A DNA stretch of 64,000 nucleotides from Candidatus Micrarchaeota archaeon (lineage in GTDB: Archaea > Micrarchaeota > Micrarchaeia > Anstonellales > Bilamarchaeaceae). Below the pieces are notes generated by a model. That model saw only the letters and a list, made by a program, of their open reading frames with translations, was not told where the DNA came from and searched no databases. The position numbers and the translations under genes were made by a program. The stretch lies in NCBI GenBank assembly GCA_043821365.1, contig JBDRCX010000006.1, positions 576,001-640,000 of the forward strand. The letters are read 5' to 3'. The number at the start of each line of letters is the position of its first letter. Positions within the stretch are counted from its first letter, which is position 1. Positions 19,962-29,963 of the stretch are shown here, in pieces.

Positions 19962-21518
19962 ATGAAACAAGTAGTTCTATTTTTATTTTTAATTTGTTTT
20001 GCAATGGCATCCTCACCGTTCTTTAATCAAGCCCCAGTTGATCCAGCAGTTGAAGTTGTCAATCAAGTTGACCTAATGCTTGGACTAATTGCACCATTTA
20101 TGCTGATGATGATTGTTTTGGCTGCAGCAGCATATGTTGTTGGACAAATTTTTGGTAGTGAAACAAGAGCAAAAGCATCAGTATGGGCACAAAGTATGCT
20201 TGTTGCTGTTGGTATCTGTGCATTGATAATATTCCTAATATATGCAGTTCTTCCTGGTTTTCTTTCTGGTCAACCATTATCATTTGATCTTGCACTAAAA
20301 GTTGCTGAAATAAGAAATCTTGCAGAAACTGGTTTTGGTCTTTTGATATTATTAATGATTGTTTTGGCTGCAGCAGCATATGTTGTTGGACAAATTTTTG
20401 GTAGTGAAACAAGAGCAAAAGCATCAGTATGGGCAAATAATCTTCTTGCTGCTTCTATTTTTGCGTCTGCACTCTATCTTGTTATTTTCAATCTAATAAT
20501 CCCATTTCAAAGCACTCTTTTCACCCAACCACTTGTGGGTGGTATAACCCTTGGGCTCTATGGGACACTCATCATCGACGTTTCTATTCTGGTATCTGTG
20601 ATTATCTTAGTGACTTATTTAATTTCACGATTCTTCAAAATATCCGAATGGGAAGCCTATCTTAATATTGAGTTATCTAATCTTATGAGTTCATTTGTAA
20701 TTTTCCTTTTTATTGTTGGTATGTTTGCAACTACGGAATTAATTGCATCATCTTTTTATGATTCTAGTCTTTATTCAAATGCTCCACAGGCTGCAGTACA
20801 CTTTATGAGTTCAACTGTTTCAGACAGTGCACTAAAAGCAACCCTAGACATTTACAAAATTCAAGCATGCTCTTCCATGCTATCAACATTTAGTAAAAGA
20901 ACTGGCGAATTTGTTCTTACCCAAACATTCAAAGTATTTCCAGGTGTTGATACTTTCGTATCAATTGCAAATGTTCTAACCTACACACTGATATCATTTT
21001 ACAGTGCGGTTTCAGTTCAAATTGCAGTTCTTCATGTTGTCGAAGCCCTTATGGTGCCATTCTTTTTGCCTGCAGGTCTATTGTTAAGGTTCTTTCCTCC
21101 AACACGTGATGCTGGTGCATTTTTGATTTCACTTGCATTTGGTTTCCAACTTATCTACCCAACACTTTATCTTATAAATGCAGAAATCTTTTCTACAGTT
21201 GGCGGCGAAGTTTATGATACTCCACAATTACTTATCCAGTCAATTTGTGGCCCATTCAAATATGGCGCAGCAGGATTTTTGTTTAATCCAGCTGCAAATC
21301 CTTTATTTAGAATTCCAGGTCTTAGTAGTCTAGGTACATTGCTTGGGAAAATTGTATCTGAAGGTCTTTTGAATGCAATTTCTATGGCAGAGTTCATACC
21401 AGTACTAAAAAGCATTGCAGCACTTTCATTGTTGGTGCTTTTTATGCCTGCACTGGCTTTAATGGTTACTATCTCATTCATAAATGTCATGACTAAATTT
21501 ATTGTTAACAAGGGGTAA
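19962..21518 (+). CDS. Polytopic membrane protein, paralog 2, with tandem pilin-like N-terminal hairpins
   Basis: Two copies of MIVLAAAAYVVGQIFGSETRAKASVWA; LNIELSNL; GLLLRFFPPTRDAGAFLISLAFG (ORF track start 19953). Confidence 0.85.
   Translation: MKQVVLFLFLICFAMASSPFFNQAPVDPAVEVVNQVDLMLGLIAPFMLMMIVLAAAAYVVGQIFGSETRAKASVWAQSMLVAVGICALIIFLIYAVLPGFLSGQPLSFDLALKVAEIRNLAETGFGLLILLMIVLAAAAYVVGQIFGSETRAKASVWANNLLAASIFASALYLVIFNLIIPFQSTLFTQPLVGGITLGLYGTLIIDVSILVSVIILVTYLISRFFKISEWEAYLNIELSNLMSSFVIFLFIVGMFATTELIASSFYDSSLYSNAPQAAVHFMSSTVSDSALKATLDIYKIQACSSMLSTFSKRTGEFVLTQTFKVFPGVDTFVSIANVLTYTLISFYSAVSVQIAVLHVVEALMVPFFLPAGLLLRFFPPTRDAGAFLISLAFGFQLIYPTLYLINAEIFSTVGGEVYDTPQLLIQSICGPFKYGAAGFLFNPAANPLFRIPGLSSLGTLLGKIVSEGLLNAISMAEFIPVLKSIAALSLLVLFMPALALMVTISFINVMTKFIVNKG
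20109..20435 (+). repeat. Perfect 81-bp direct repeat (20109-20189, 20355-20435)
   Basis: ATGATTGTTTTGGCTGCAGCAGCA...GCATCAGTATGGGCA identical in both copies; 246-bp period. Confidence 0.95.
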
Positions 21519-22941
21519 AATGGCTTTAATAGAAAGTTTTTGGGGTGATTGGGTTTGGTTTGCGGGTGGTGCACTCACACTGACAACCATACTTGTTGCC
21601 ATAGTCTACATGCTATCAGAACTTTTCTCAAGCGATAAGATGAAAAGCTGGGCAAAAATGGAACTTGCAGAAATTTTCTATTCAGCTGTGATAATTTCAA
21701 TTGGTATCACTGGGCTACCTCTAATTGATGCAGTTGTTCAAGGATCTTTAGGGGTTTCTAATACTGGTGGTGCTATAGGTACTCCAGGATGTGCTGGATC
21801 TGCAACTAGTTTTTGGATTCCAACAACCGACTATGGTACTTTCACCACCACTAAGGAATACCAGTGCAAGGATATTTGCGGTTCTGATATAGCATCTCAT
21901 CCAAATTCAGTTTATCATGGTGTTGAATCCTGCCACATACGGCTTGGTATATGGTATATGCGGGAAATATTTGATGAGGCAAAGAATTTTGCGTTTAGTA
22001 TCTACATTGATTATATCAAAACTTCAATGATAGCAGAATTTACAATAAACATTGAATTTATATTTGAAAAAGCAGGTTTCTTTACTTTCACTCCGTGGAG
22101 AGGATTTTATACAATGGGAAATAAAGTAAAAGAACTTGCTTTTGACTGGGCAATGAAACTTCTCATGATAACAAAATTCCAAGAAGTTATGATACGTTTT
22201 ATTGCAATTGCATTATTCCCTGCATTTTTTGTTATAGGTGCTTTACTAAGAGTTTTTCCATTTACAAGAAAACTTGGCGGTCTTATGCTTGCAATAGCGA
22301 TAGCACTTTACTTTATATTTCCTGCATTTTATGCATTTGGTGCATTAATTATGCTTGATATTAAGAATGATCCTAATGTGATTGCTGCTTGGCAGCTAAG
22401 TCCTGCAAATCCTGCGGCTCTAAGTTCTAATCCTTCTGACAGTCCAAATGATTATCCTGATCCTCCGATTGCAAATAGCATGTATATAAACCAAAATATG
22501 TCGATGCTTGGGCAAGGTGGCAATTACAATAGTGGTGATATTTACGATGCACTTAGGGATATGGAAGGTATGAGTTCATCTGACTATTTTGATGCTATGG
22601 AAAAAGGCCAATTAATTGGTGGTGATACAACTGCTCCTGGTCTTGACCTGTCAAGCAAAGCTTATCAAGGAAAAACAGATCAAGAAAAAGAAGATGCTGT
22701 AAAAGCTGCAAGCGAGCATGCTGACAGTTGGTTCAATTCACTTTCAGAAGAAAACAAAGCAGATAATTTCATCGGGTTTGCATTTGAGCCAAATGGTCCT
22801 TTGGATACTTTGGCAAGGCTTACTTTCTGGTCAGTTTTCTTTGCATTGTTTAGTATTCTTGGAACTATAGCAGGAATACGTTCACTGTCAATAACTTTCG
22901 GCGGAGATATCGAGATAGCCGGGCTTACGAGGCTGATTTAG
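21502..22941 (+). CDS. Polytopic membrane protein, paralog 3
   Basis: WAKMELAEI; GALLRVFPFTRKLGGLMLAIAIALYFIFP; C-terminal LSITFGGDIEIAGLTRLI; start probably ATG 21520. Confidence 0.85.
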   Translation: MLTRGKMALIESFWGDWVWFAGGALTLTTILVAIVYMLSELFSSDKMKSWAKMELAEIFYSAVIISIGITGLPLIDAVVQGSLGVSNTGGAIGTPGCAGSATSFWIPTTDYGTFTTTKEYQCKDICGSDIASHPNSVYHGVESCHIRLGIWYMREIFDEAKNFAFSIYIDYIKTSMIAEFTINIEFIFEKAGFFTFTPWRGFYTMGNKVKELAFDWAMKLLMITKFQEVMIRFIAIALFPAFFVIGALLRVFPFTRKLGGLMLAIAIALYFIFPAFYAFGALIMLDIKNDPNVIAAWQLSPANPAALSSNPSDSPNDYPDPPIANSMYINQNMSMLGQGGNYNSGDIYDALRDMEGMSSSDYFDAMEKGQLIGGDTTAPGLDLSSKAYQGKTDQEKEDAVKAASEHADSWFNSLSEENKADNFIGFAFEPNGPLDTLARLTFWSVFFALFSILGTIAGIRSLSITFGGDIEIAGLTRLI

Positions 22942-22942
22942 A

Positions 22943-24151
22943 ATGAGGAAATTATTATTTCTATTATTTTTAATCCCATTCCTATTTGCAGCTGATCCAA
23001 ATTCATTAAGCACTTATTTTGATGAAGTATCTGGTAATGTTAGCAGTGAGATGGATGCATTTGTTGATGCAGCTAGCGCAGCTGGTAGTACATTCCCAGG
23101 AATACTTGATGCATTCAAACCAGCTGATTGTAGTGAAGACTGGATAAATAATCTTCTTGGCGTTCCAACAATCATATCTCTTTGGCTTGTCCCCTCGATA
23201 ATAATTGGTATGATTGTACTTTTCGGTATAACTGGCCTTTATATGGTTGGACAGGTTATGAACATGCCAAATCTTACTGCAATAGCAAAAGACGAGGCAT
23301 TCCAAACTGCACTTACTTTCTTGCGTGTTGCATTCATTGCAGGAGTACTGATAGCAGGTGATACTTTTTATGCAATAAATGCATCTGGGAGTTCAGATCG
23401 TATTTACGGCAATCCAGCAAATACACAAACAATTGATGCAGCAATGTCTTTTTCCAGGCTTATGGTTGCTGATATGGTTAATCACTACAGCATGCTTCTG
23501 ATGTACAATATGGTTGTCCATACTGTTTATTCATCAACAATGTGGTTTGGTATGACCTGGCGTGCCATGTATTCATTCAACTTAGGGCCAGTACTTAAAC
23601 CAATAATTGATATTATAGGTACAACTTTGCAATATCTTTCACTTGGGGTAAGTGAATGGCTTTTGCATATTATCACTCTTTGTTTTATTAAGAAATGGAT
23701 GTGGGGGCTTTTCATTCCATTTGGGATGTTATTGCGTGCTTTTCCACAAACACGGAATGGTGGCGAAGCAATTCTTGCGCTAGGTTTTTCATTGGTTATT
23801 TTCTATCCATATATGTTCCTTTTTGATTATGAAGTTCATAAAATAATGAAATTATCCGTTATTGATCCACAGCAATCTATGCATAATTTTCTGAACAGTA
23901 GCGGAATAATGGATGTGTTTGGGTCAGTGATAATAATAATGCTATTGATGTCTGGGGTATTCATACAATTTTTCCTTGGCACTGCCCTTACGCTTGCATT
24001 CGAACTGATTAAAGGTGCTATTTACTATATTGTGATAATGAGCGTATTCATGCCATTCCTTAACATATTCATAACACTGACCTCTGCAAAAGAGACTGCT
24101 GAATTCTTCAAGGCAGATGTAAATTTCCTCGCCTTTCTTCGGCTTATTTGA
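22943..24151 (+). CDS. Polytopic membrane protein, paralog 4
   Basis: N-terminal signal-like segment; IAKDEAFQ; GMLLRAFPQTRNGGEAILALG; ends FLRLI. Confidence 0.85.
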   Translation: MRKLLFLLFLIPFLFAADPNSLSTYFDEVSGNVSSEMDAFVDAASAAGSTFPGILDAFKPADCSEDWINNLLGVPTIISLWLVPSIIIGMIVLFGITGLYMVGQVMNMPNLTAIAKDEAFQTALTFLRVAFIAGVLIAGDTFYAINASGSSDRIYGNPANTQTIDAAMSFSRLMVADMVNHYSMLLMYNMVVHTVYSSTMWFGMTWRAMYSFNLGPVLKPIIDIIGTTLQYLSLGVSEWLLHIITLCFIKKWMWGLFIPFGMLLRAFPQTRNGGEAILALGFSLVIFYPYMFLFDYEVHKIMKLSVIDPQQSMHNFLNSSGIMDVFGSVIIIMLLMSGVFIQFFLGTALTLAFELIKGAIYYIVIMSVFMPFLNIFITLTSAKETAEFFKADVNFLAFLRLI

Positions 24152-24159
24152 GGTAAAAT

Positions 24160-25269
24160 ATGGCAATGCAAAATGCAACTGAAATAATATCTTCGGTTTC
24201 CGGTCTAACAATGGGCGGAGTTACTTTGTACCCTGGCATTTGGTCATGGGTTGCTTTGGCAGGATTAGCTTTACTAACGTCAGTTGTGATACTCTCTTTC
24301 ATGTACATTTGGGCAACCATGTTTAGAAATCCCCAGATGAATGCATATGTCAAACAAGAGTTGCTTGAATGTTTTATAACTGCATTAATGATACCAATGA
24401 TATTTGCTGTAATAGCTTCCATGGACAGTCTATACCTTGGTAGTTTTGTTCCAGATGAACTTCTACCAGCTGATGTTGATTCTACTACTAATATCTATGA
24501 AGCAGCACAAATGTATTATGAAGAAGTGGATCGTGATATGTCTGCTTGGCTTAATATCAATTACATAATGAATATCTATGTTGATCAGACGGCATCAGTT
24601 ACACCGTATGCAAGACCACTAGGCGTTGGTCTTGTTGCGTCACCATTAACTGGTATTGCTTCGCCGCTAAAACAACTTCTTTACAATATGACAACTGCTC
24701 TCTCACTTGCATTTGTTATTAATCATGCACAATTAGTTGTTTATCTATTTTCTCTCCAGGCATTCTTGAATTACTATCTTCCGCTTGGTATTTTCTTTCG
24801 ATCATTTACACCAACAAGAAGATTAGGGGGAACTCTTATAGCAGTTGCTCTTACCTTCCTTATTGTTTTTCCTTCACTTTCAACAATTACATATTCAATT
24901 TTTTATCATCGTGGTGGCGGTCCGCTTATGTCATTTGGTTCTTTACTTTCAGATTATTTTGGTGATTTTACCGGCGGATTCCAAGACTCTCTTTCAAATT
25001 TCTATTCAACTAATTTCAATAGTGGTAGTGGGGGGGTTATGGATTTAGTTTCTGGTGTTTTTGGTGGTCTTGGTGATTTGCTAAAAGCATTTATTGGAAA
25101 AGTATTTCTCATGTTGTTTATAATTCCAATGTCAATGATAAGTTTTGCATTTGTTGTTGGGTTTATCATACCTGCCATAAATATTATTATTTTTACAGCT
25201 GCTGCAAAAGCAATGAGCAAAGCATTTGGTGAAGAGGTAGACATAAGTTCCCTTACGAGGATGATATGA
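24160..25269 (+). CDS. Polytopic membrane protein, paralog 5
   Basis: YVKQELLE; GIFFRSFTPTRRLGGTLIAVA; ends FGEEVDISSLTRMI. Confidence 0.85.
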   Translation: MAMQNATEIISSVSGLTMGGVTLYPGIWSWVALAGLALLTSVVILSFMYIWATMFRNPQMNAYVKQELLECFITALMIPMIFAVIASMDSLYLGSFVPDELLPADVDSTTNIYEAAQMYYEEVDRDMSAWLNINYIMNIYVDQTASVTPYARPLGVGLVASPLTGIASPLKQLLYNMTTALSLAFVINHAQLVVYLFSLQAFLNYYLPLGIFFRSFTPTRRLGGTLIAVALTFLIVFPSLSTITYSIFYHRGGGPLMSFGSLLSDYFGDFTGGFQDSLSNFYSTNFNSGSGGVMDLVSGVFGGLGDLLKAFIGKVFLMLFIIPMSMISFAFVVGFIIPAINIIIFTAAAKAMSKAFGEEVDISSLTRMI

Positions 25270-26342
25270 TGGCATTTGAATCAAGCTTTTACCAAGACTG
25301 GGGAGTAATCTCAATTGCAGCTGCTGCACTCTCAGTGTTAGGAGCTTCAATGCTAATAATGACCTCAAGGCTATTTAGCCTTAAGAATCTTGAACAAGTA
25401 GCAAAAACTGAATTTATCTATGCAATGTCTACTATTGTTATTGTGATGATAGTTGTTTTTTCTATTCCATTAATAGAAGATCAACTTGCAGGTCCAGGAA
25501 ATAGTCTTGCACGGTGTCTCTTTCTCTCTTCTTTTGGGGAATCCTGCTATGATGCGAGTACAAGTACCTATGTTTTCATGTGCGGGACTACTCAGTGCAG
25601 TACCTTCATCGATTGGATGAAATTATACATGGCAACTCCGGCAAAATGCATTACAAAATTCATGCAATATCTTTACTATTTAGCTATCCCTGTCGATGGA
25701 GCTGCTTCAATTTATATGGAAATATTCATGTCTGAGCATGCTTCTGGTTTTGGTGTCAAATGGCTTTCTGAGCGTATTTCTAATGCCACACAATCACTTT
25801 CATTTTATATGTATATATTCTACCTTCTTATTCATGTGTTTAATTTTGTGAAATATTACGCTGGTTTCTTTTTCTCAATTGGGGTAGCCCTAAGGGCATT
25901 TCCACCAACAAGAGGGGCTGGTGCATATGTAATGGCACTATCAATTGGGCTTTATTTTATTTTTCCACTTTCATATATACTTATTGCTTCTTTGGCAACG
26001 CCCCATTCCCAATCAGTGATATCAAGCTTCGATCCATCTGCTAGCGGAAGCTATCAATATGTTTGTGCAATTCCTGATGTTCAGGATGTGAAGGCATTGG
26101 GATGTGGGGCTGCTGATCTAGGTAATGCAATGGAGCTTCCAGATAGACTTCAATCAGTTAAAGATGAGCTTAGTGATGTGTTTACTATATCTTTGGATGA
26201 TTTCACAAGGCATATGGCACATGCCATCTGTATTTTCCCAATGATTGCATTTGTTGTGCTGCTGACATTTGTTCTTAATACTACAAATCTCTTTGGTGGC
26301 AACATCCCAGAGATCGGACGTGGTCTTGTCAAACTGATCTGA
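25266..26342 (+). CDS. Polytopic membrane protein, paralog 6
   Basis: VAKTEFIY; GVALRAFPPTRGAGAYVMALSIGLYFIFP; ends FGGNIPEIGRGLVKLI. Confidence 0.85.
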   Translation: MMAFESSFYQDWGVISIAAAALSVLGASMLIMTSRLFSLKNLEQVAKTEFIYAMSTIVIVMIVVFSIPLIEDQLAGPGNSLARCLFLSSFGESCYDASTSTYVFMCGTTQCSTFIDWMKLYMATPAKCITKFMQYLYYLAIPVDGAASIYMEIFMSEHASGFGVKWLSERISNATQSLSFYMYIFYLLIHVFNFVKYYAGFFFSIGVALRAFPPTRGAGAYVMALSIGLYFIFPLSYILIASLATPHSQSVISSFDPSASGSYQYVCAIPDVQDVKALGCGAADLGNAMELPDRLQSVKDELSDVFTISLDDFTRHMAHAICIFPMIAFVVLLTFVLNTTNLFGGNIPEIGRGLVKLI

Positions 26343-26379
26343 TGTAAGGATTTTTAATTCTTCGAGTTGTTAGGAGAAT

Positions 26380-26946
26380 ATGGCCAACCGTAAATATGTT
26401 CTGGATACTTCTCTTTTTGTTAATCCCTATGCAAGAGAAAAATTTGGTAAAGACTCAACTTCTGCAATGCTTGCATTCATAGAATGCGTAAATGATCCTA
26501 ATATTGAATTGTTCATGCCACCAATAGTTTTCAAGGAACTTAGTAATTTTGTTGATGCAAAAGCACTTGATGAATTTGAACTTGTAATAAAAATAAGAGC
26601 TCCAAATACTCATGGAATTTTTCTTCCTGCAGCAGTATTTTATGATTTCATCGAAGATATACGCATAAGGATGAATAAAGGTATGCGGTTGGCAGAAGAT
26701 TTTGCTAAAGATAACAATCCTGACAATGATAAAAAACTAAAGAAATTACGTGAAAAATATCGTGATGCTTTGCGTACTGGTATTCTTGACAGTAAAGAAG
26801 ATTTTGAACTTGTTCTTCTTGCCAAAGAACTTGAAGCACCGCTTGTGTCTTCAGATGAAGGTGTGATAAAATTTGCACATCAAATTGGTTGTGAGTGTAT
26901 AGATGCATCTAGGTTCTATTCTTTACTATTAAAATTAAAGAAATAA
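26380..26946 (+). CDS. RNA-free RNase P (HARP / Aq880-like PIN protein; 'RNA ligase partner' family)
   Basis: YVLDTSLF, IRIRMNKGMRLAE, LREKYRDALRTGILDSKED, LVSSDEGV. Confidence 0.88.
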   Translation: MANRKYVLDTSLFVNPYAREKFGKDSTSAMLAFIECVNDPNIELFMPPIVFKELSNFVDAKALDEFELVIKIRAPNTHGIFLPAAVFYDFIEDIRIRMNKGMRLAEDFAKDNNPDNDKKLKKLREKYRDALRTGILDSKEDFELVLLAKELEAPLVSSDEGVIKFAHQIGCECIDASRFYSLLLKLKK

Positions 26947-28008
26947 TCAATCCTCTATGGCTTTTCCATTCGCATAACTAGTTAGAATTTTTGTTGTGTT
27001 CCTGTAAATTCTCTTAAATCGTATTCTTATCCGTCCATTTTCTGTTTTTCGGTAAATCTCTTCTACTCTTACATCACGATTACTGTGTTTTAGAATATCG
27101 TGCCAAACATTTTCATCTTTGATGAGAATTTCAAATTCTTCACATATAGCTTTTTTCTTTTTTATTCTGTTTATTGATTCTTCAAGCCCTTTGTAAAATG
27201 CCATTCCAAGCATTTTCCCATATTTTTCCCTATCCATGTCAAAATCATTTACAAAAAGTGCAGAACGTAAAATTCTTTGATGGTAAAAACCAATTGGCAT
27301 ATCAAAAAATCGATTGGATGCATCTGCCATATCATCTATATCAGAATAGGCAGTAACATACTTCACAGCCTGTTTTCTATCATTACTTTTCAGTACCATT
27401 CCTTCTTTACGTCCTTTGTTCAAAGAGAGGATTATTCTCTTCAATCCACGAATATCATCTGCTCTAAATCTTCCAAATGATGGTACACTGGTTAGTTTGT
27501 ATTTTTTTATAATCTTATATCGTTCTTCACAACTGATATACCCATTTCCAGAATCAATGTCAAAAACATACATTTTAACATCAAATTTCTTTGTTGGTTT
27601 TGTGTGTGGTGTGTTTCCAATCATCTCGCCACAAATAATGTGGTTTGGATGGTTTTTGAAGAACTTTTCAAGTTTCATTTCTTTTGCTTTTTCAGTTACA
27701 AACGCATCTAAAAATCCGCCGCGTGAAAATCCATAAATTTTTCCATTTATTGAGATTATACGGACATTATACCCATCTATTTTTTCTTCAGCATGAACAT
27801 AATCTGATGATATGTTCCTCTTAATTCCGTTTTCAAGTGTGAAAATTCTTTTTATATGTGGATATGCTGGAATTATCCTATTCGAAGTTACTATAGTGCC
27901 CCTTTCAATTCTTTTGATCTTGTCTCTAAACCTAATATATTCAATATCGCTACTGATCTTCTCAATCTTCCCTTTTTTGAAGGCTTCTTCAAGGATTTTT
28001 TTATCCAT
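26947..28008 (-). CDS. ATP-dependent RNA ligase, Pab1020/Rnl3 family
   Basis: Motif I EEKIDGYNVRI, CGEMIG, FDI, EGMVLK, VKY. Confidence 0.9.
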   Translation of the reverse strand: MDKKILEEAFKKGKIEKISSDIEYIRFRDKIKRIERGTIVTSNRIIPAYPHIKRIFTLENGIKRNISSDYVHAEEKIDGYNVRIISINGKIYGFSRGGFLDAFVTEKAKEMKLEKFFKNHPNHIICGEMIGNTPHTKPTKKFDVKMYVFDIDSGNGYISCEERYKIIKKYKLTSVPSFGRFRADDIRGLKRIILSLNKGRKEGMVLKSNDRKQAVKYVTAYSDIDDMADASNRFFDMPIGFYHQRILRSALFVNDFDMDREKYGKMLGMAFYKGLEESINRIKKKKAICEEFEILIKDENVWHDILKHSNRDVRVEEIYRKTENGRIRIRFKRIYRNTTKILTSYANGKAIED

Positions 28009-28041
28009 GGATTCAATTCTAAAGCAATCTTTATAATGTGT

Positions 28042-28554
28042 CTACCATGGAACTTTCTTCAGGCCAATCCTGTTTGCAAAAATATTTGTTAGTGGGTGGA
28101 GAATGGTTGTTAGAACCAAAAACAACCCCAAATTCAATGGTGAGTACAATTCCATTTTAACAAAGGGGATGGCCAATAGTAATGCAATAATTAGAAATAG
28201 CATTGTATCAAGGAAGAAAGGTTTTCCTGGTTCCAATCCAACTCTTCTCTTAATAAAACTACCAAATGCATCGCCAATTAAGGTTCCAGATGCAAGGACA
28301 AATCCTGCTATGAATTGTGCATGCTGACTATCAAAAAATTCTACTTGATAAAATATGGCAATTAATCCACCTGCAACTGTTCCTGCCAGAATTCCTCCAA
28401 CAAATCCTCTGATTGTTTTACTATCACCAAATAATCGTTTTCCATCAGATAAAACCAATCCAAGATCAAGAGATTTGCCTCCTCCGAGAACTACTGGAGA
28501 CGAGTTGGCAATGTAAATGGGTATTAGAAATAGTAACAAGTCTAGGACAGCCAT
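28042..28554 (-). CDS. carS: CDP-archaeol synthase
   Basis: YIANSSPV, DGKRLFGDSKTIRG, GDAFGSFIKRR, LD, C-terminal GLKKVPW. Confidence 0.9.
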   Translation of the reverse strand: MAVLDLLLFLIPIYIANSSPVVLGGGKSLDLGLVLSDGKRLFGDSKTIRGFVGGILAGTVAGGLIAIFYQVEFFDSQHAQFIAGFVLASGTLIGDAFGSFIKRRVGLEPGKPFFLDTMLFLIIALLLAIPFVKMELYSPLNLGLFLVLTTILHPLTNIFANRIGLKKVPW

Positions 28555-28637
28555 AATATTTCTCTTTGCTAAACATTTTATAAGCTATTGTAAATTCTTA
28601 CGTCTTAATTTACAACAGGCCTATTTATATTTATATC

Positions 28638-29600
28638 ATGAGATTTTCAGTTATGGAACCTCACCCTGAAAATAGAAAACGATCAGCCAAGCCAAGCGAT
28701 AGAATTATTCTTGGCACTGGATTACTACTTATATTGGGATTTTTTGCCTTGTTGGCATTATTCTTTCTAGTGTCTATGTTTACGCCAAGTTTAGTTGGTA
28801 AGTGCGTTGCAGTTGTTGAAATAAACCAGCCACTTACTGTTGAAGGTGCAGCACCTTCATTATTCAGTGATGGTATTGCTGGTTCAGAACAAATTGCAGC
28901 ATCAATAGAATCACTTAACAACAGAGATGATGTTGGGGCAGTTGTTATTGTTTTCAATTCAGGTGGTGGTTCAGTTGTTGCTACCAGGGAAATTTATGAT
29001 TCAGTTATTGATCTGAACAAGCCAACTGTTGCATATTTCAGGGAAGTTGCTGCTTCTGGCGCATATTACATCGCCAGTGGAACAGATTATATCATTTCTG
29101 ATCCAAATGCAATAACTGGTAGCATCGGCGTAATAACAACACTTACCGAAATGAGCAGTTTGTTCGAGAAAATAGGCATAAATGTAACTACAGTGAAATC
29201 TGGAAAATTCAAAGACATAGGTTCTCCATACCGTGAATTTACAGATGAGGAGCAGGCGATTCTACAAGCTCTTAATGAAGAAGTCTACAATGAATTCAAA
29301 TCCATTGTTATTGAGAATAGAGGATCCAAACTTGATATGACCAAATTCGAGAATATTACTGACGGAAGAATAATGACTGGAAGACAGGCAGTAAAGGTTG
29401 GATTGGTTGATGAAGTTGGAAACAAAAAATCAGCTATCATGAAAGCAGCAGAACTTGCTGGCATGTCTCCACAATCATATGATGAGGTAAGAGTTTGCAC
29501 AGTGCCAACATATGGGGCTGAAAGTAGCATGTTTGGTGTAGATTCATTGATAAAACAACTTCAACTACAGACAAACAATCCATCAATTAGTTATAAGTGA
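28638..29600 (+). CDS. sppA: Signal peptide peptidase SppA (S49)
   Basis: NSGGGSV, AASGAYYIA, TGSIGV, KSGKFKDIG, GLVDEVG; N-terminal TM. Confidence 0.92.
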   Translation: MRFSVMEPHPENRKRSAKPSDRIILGTGLLLILGFFALLALFFLVSMFTPSLVGKCVAVVEINQPLTVEGAAPSLFSDGIAGSEQIAASIESLNNRDDVGAVVIVFNSGGGSVVATREIYDSVIDLNKPTVAYFREVAASGAYYIASGTDYIISDPNAITGSIGVITTLTEMSSLFEKIGINVTTVKSGKFKDIGSPYREFTDEEQAILQALNEEVYNEFKSIVIENRGSKLDMTKFENITDGRIMTGRQAVKVGLVDEVGNKKSAIMKAAELAGMSPQSYDEVRVCTVPTYGAESSMFGVDSLIKQLQLQTNNPSISYK

Positions 29601-29604
29601 TGAA

Positions 29605-29934
29605 GTGAAAAACAAAATTATCATTGGTCTGTTTCTTTTGCTATTTCTTATTCTTGCGTATGTTGTTTTTCAGAATTTCAGTCTTTCTAAAACTAAATCT
29701 AATTCTATCCCCGAAGACCAATATTTAGTATGTACAGAAAATTCAACTCAATACTGTTCAGTTGGTTCATGTTCAGGCCTATCTACATGTCATAATGGTA
29801 TTTGGTCATCATGCCAATGGGAGAAGGTCTGTACCCCTGGTTTTAAGACAATGTGCATTGAGAATGGCTGTGCCTATGCAATAAAAGAATGTAATGAGTG
29901 TGGCACTAGTTTTGGCCAATGTCTCCCGCCGTAG
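29605..29934 (+). CDS. Small membrane-anchored Cys-rich protein
   Basis: N-terminal TM segment followed by two similar Cys-rich repeats. Confidence 0.65.
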   Translation: MKNKIIIGLFLLLFLILAYVVFQNFSLSKTKSNSIPEDQYLVCTENSTQYCSVGSCSGLSTCHNGIWSSCQWEKVCTPGFKTMCIENGCAYAIKECNECGTSFGQCLPP

Positions 29935-29963
29935 GGTTGTGGGCAAAAAAGTAAAAAAAGCGT

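Noticed and set aside
20109-20435. Diversity-generating retroelement template/variable repeat pair
   Set aside because: The copies are 100% identical with no adenine-specific mismatches, and there is no reverse transcriptase in the window.
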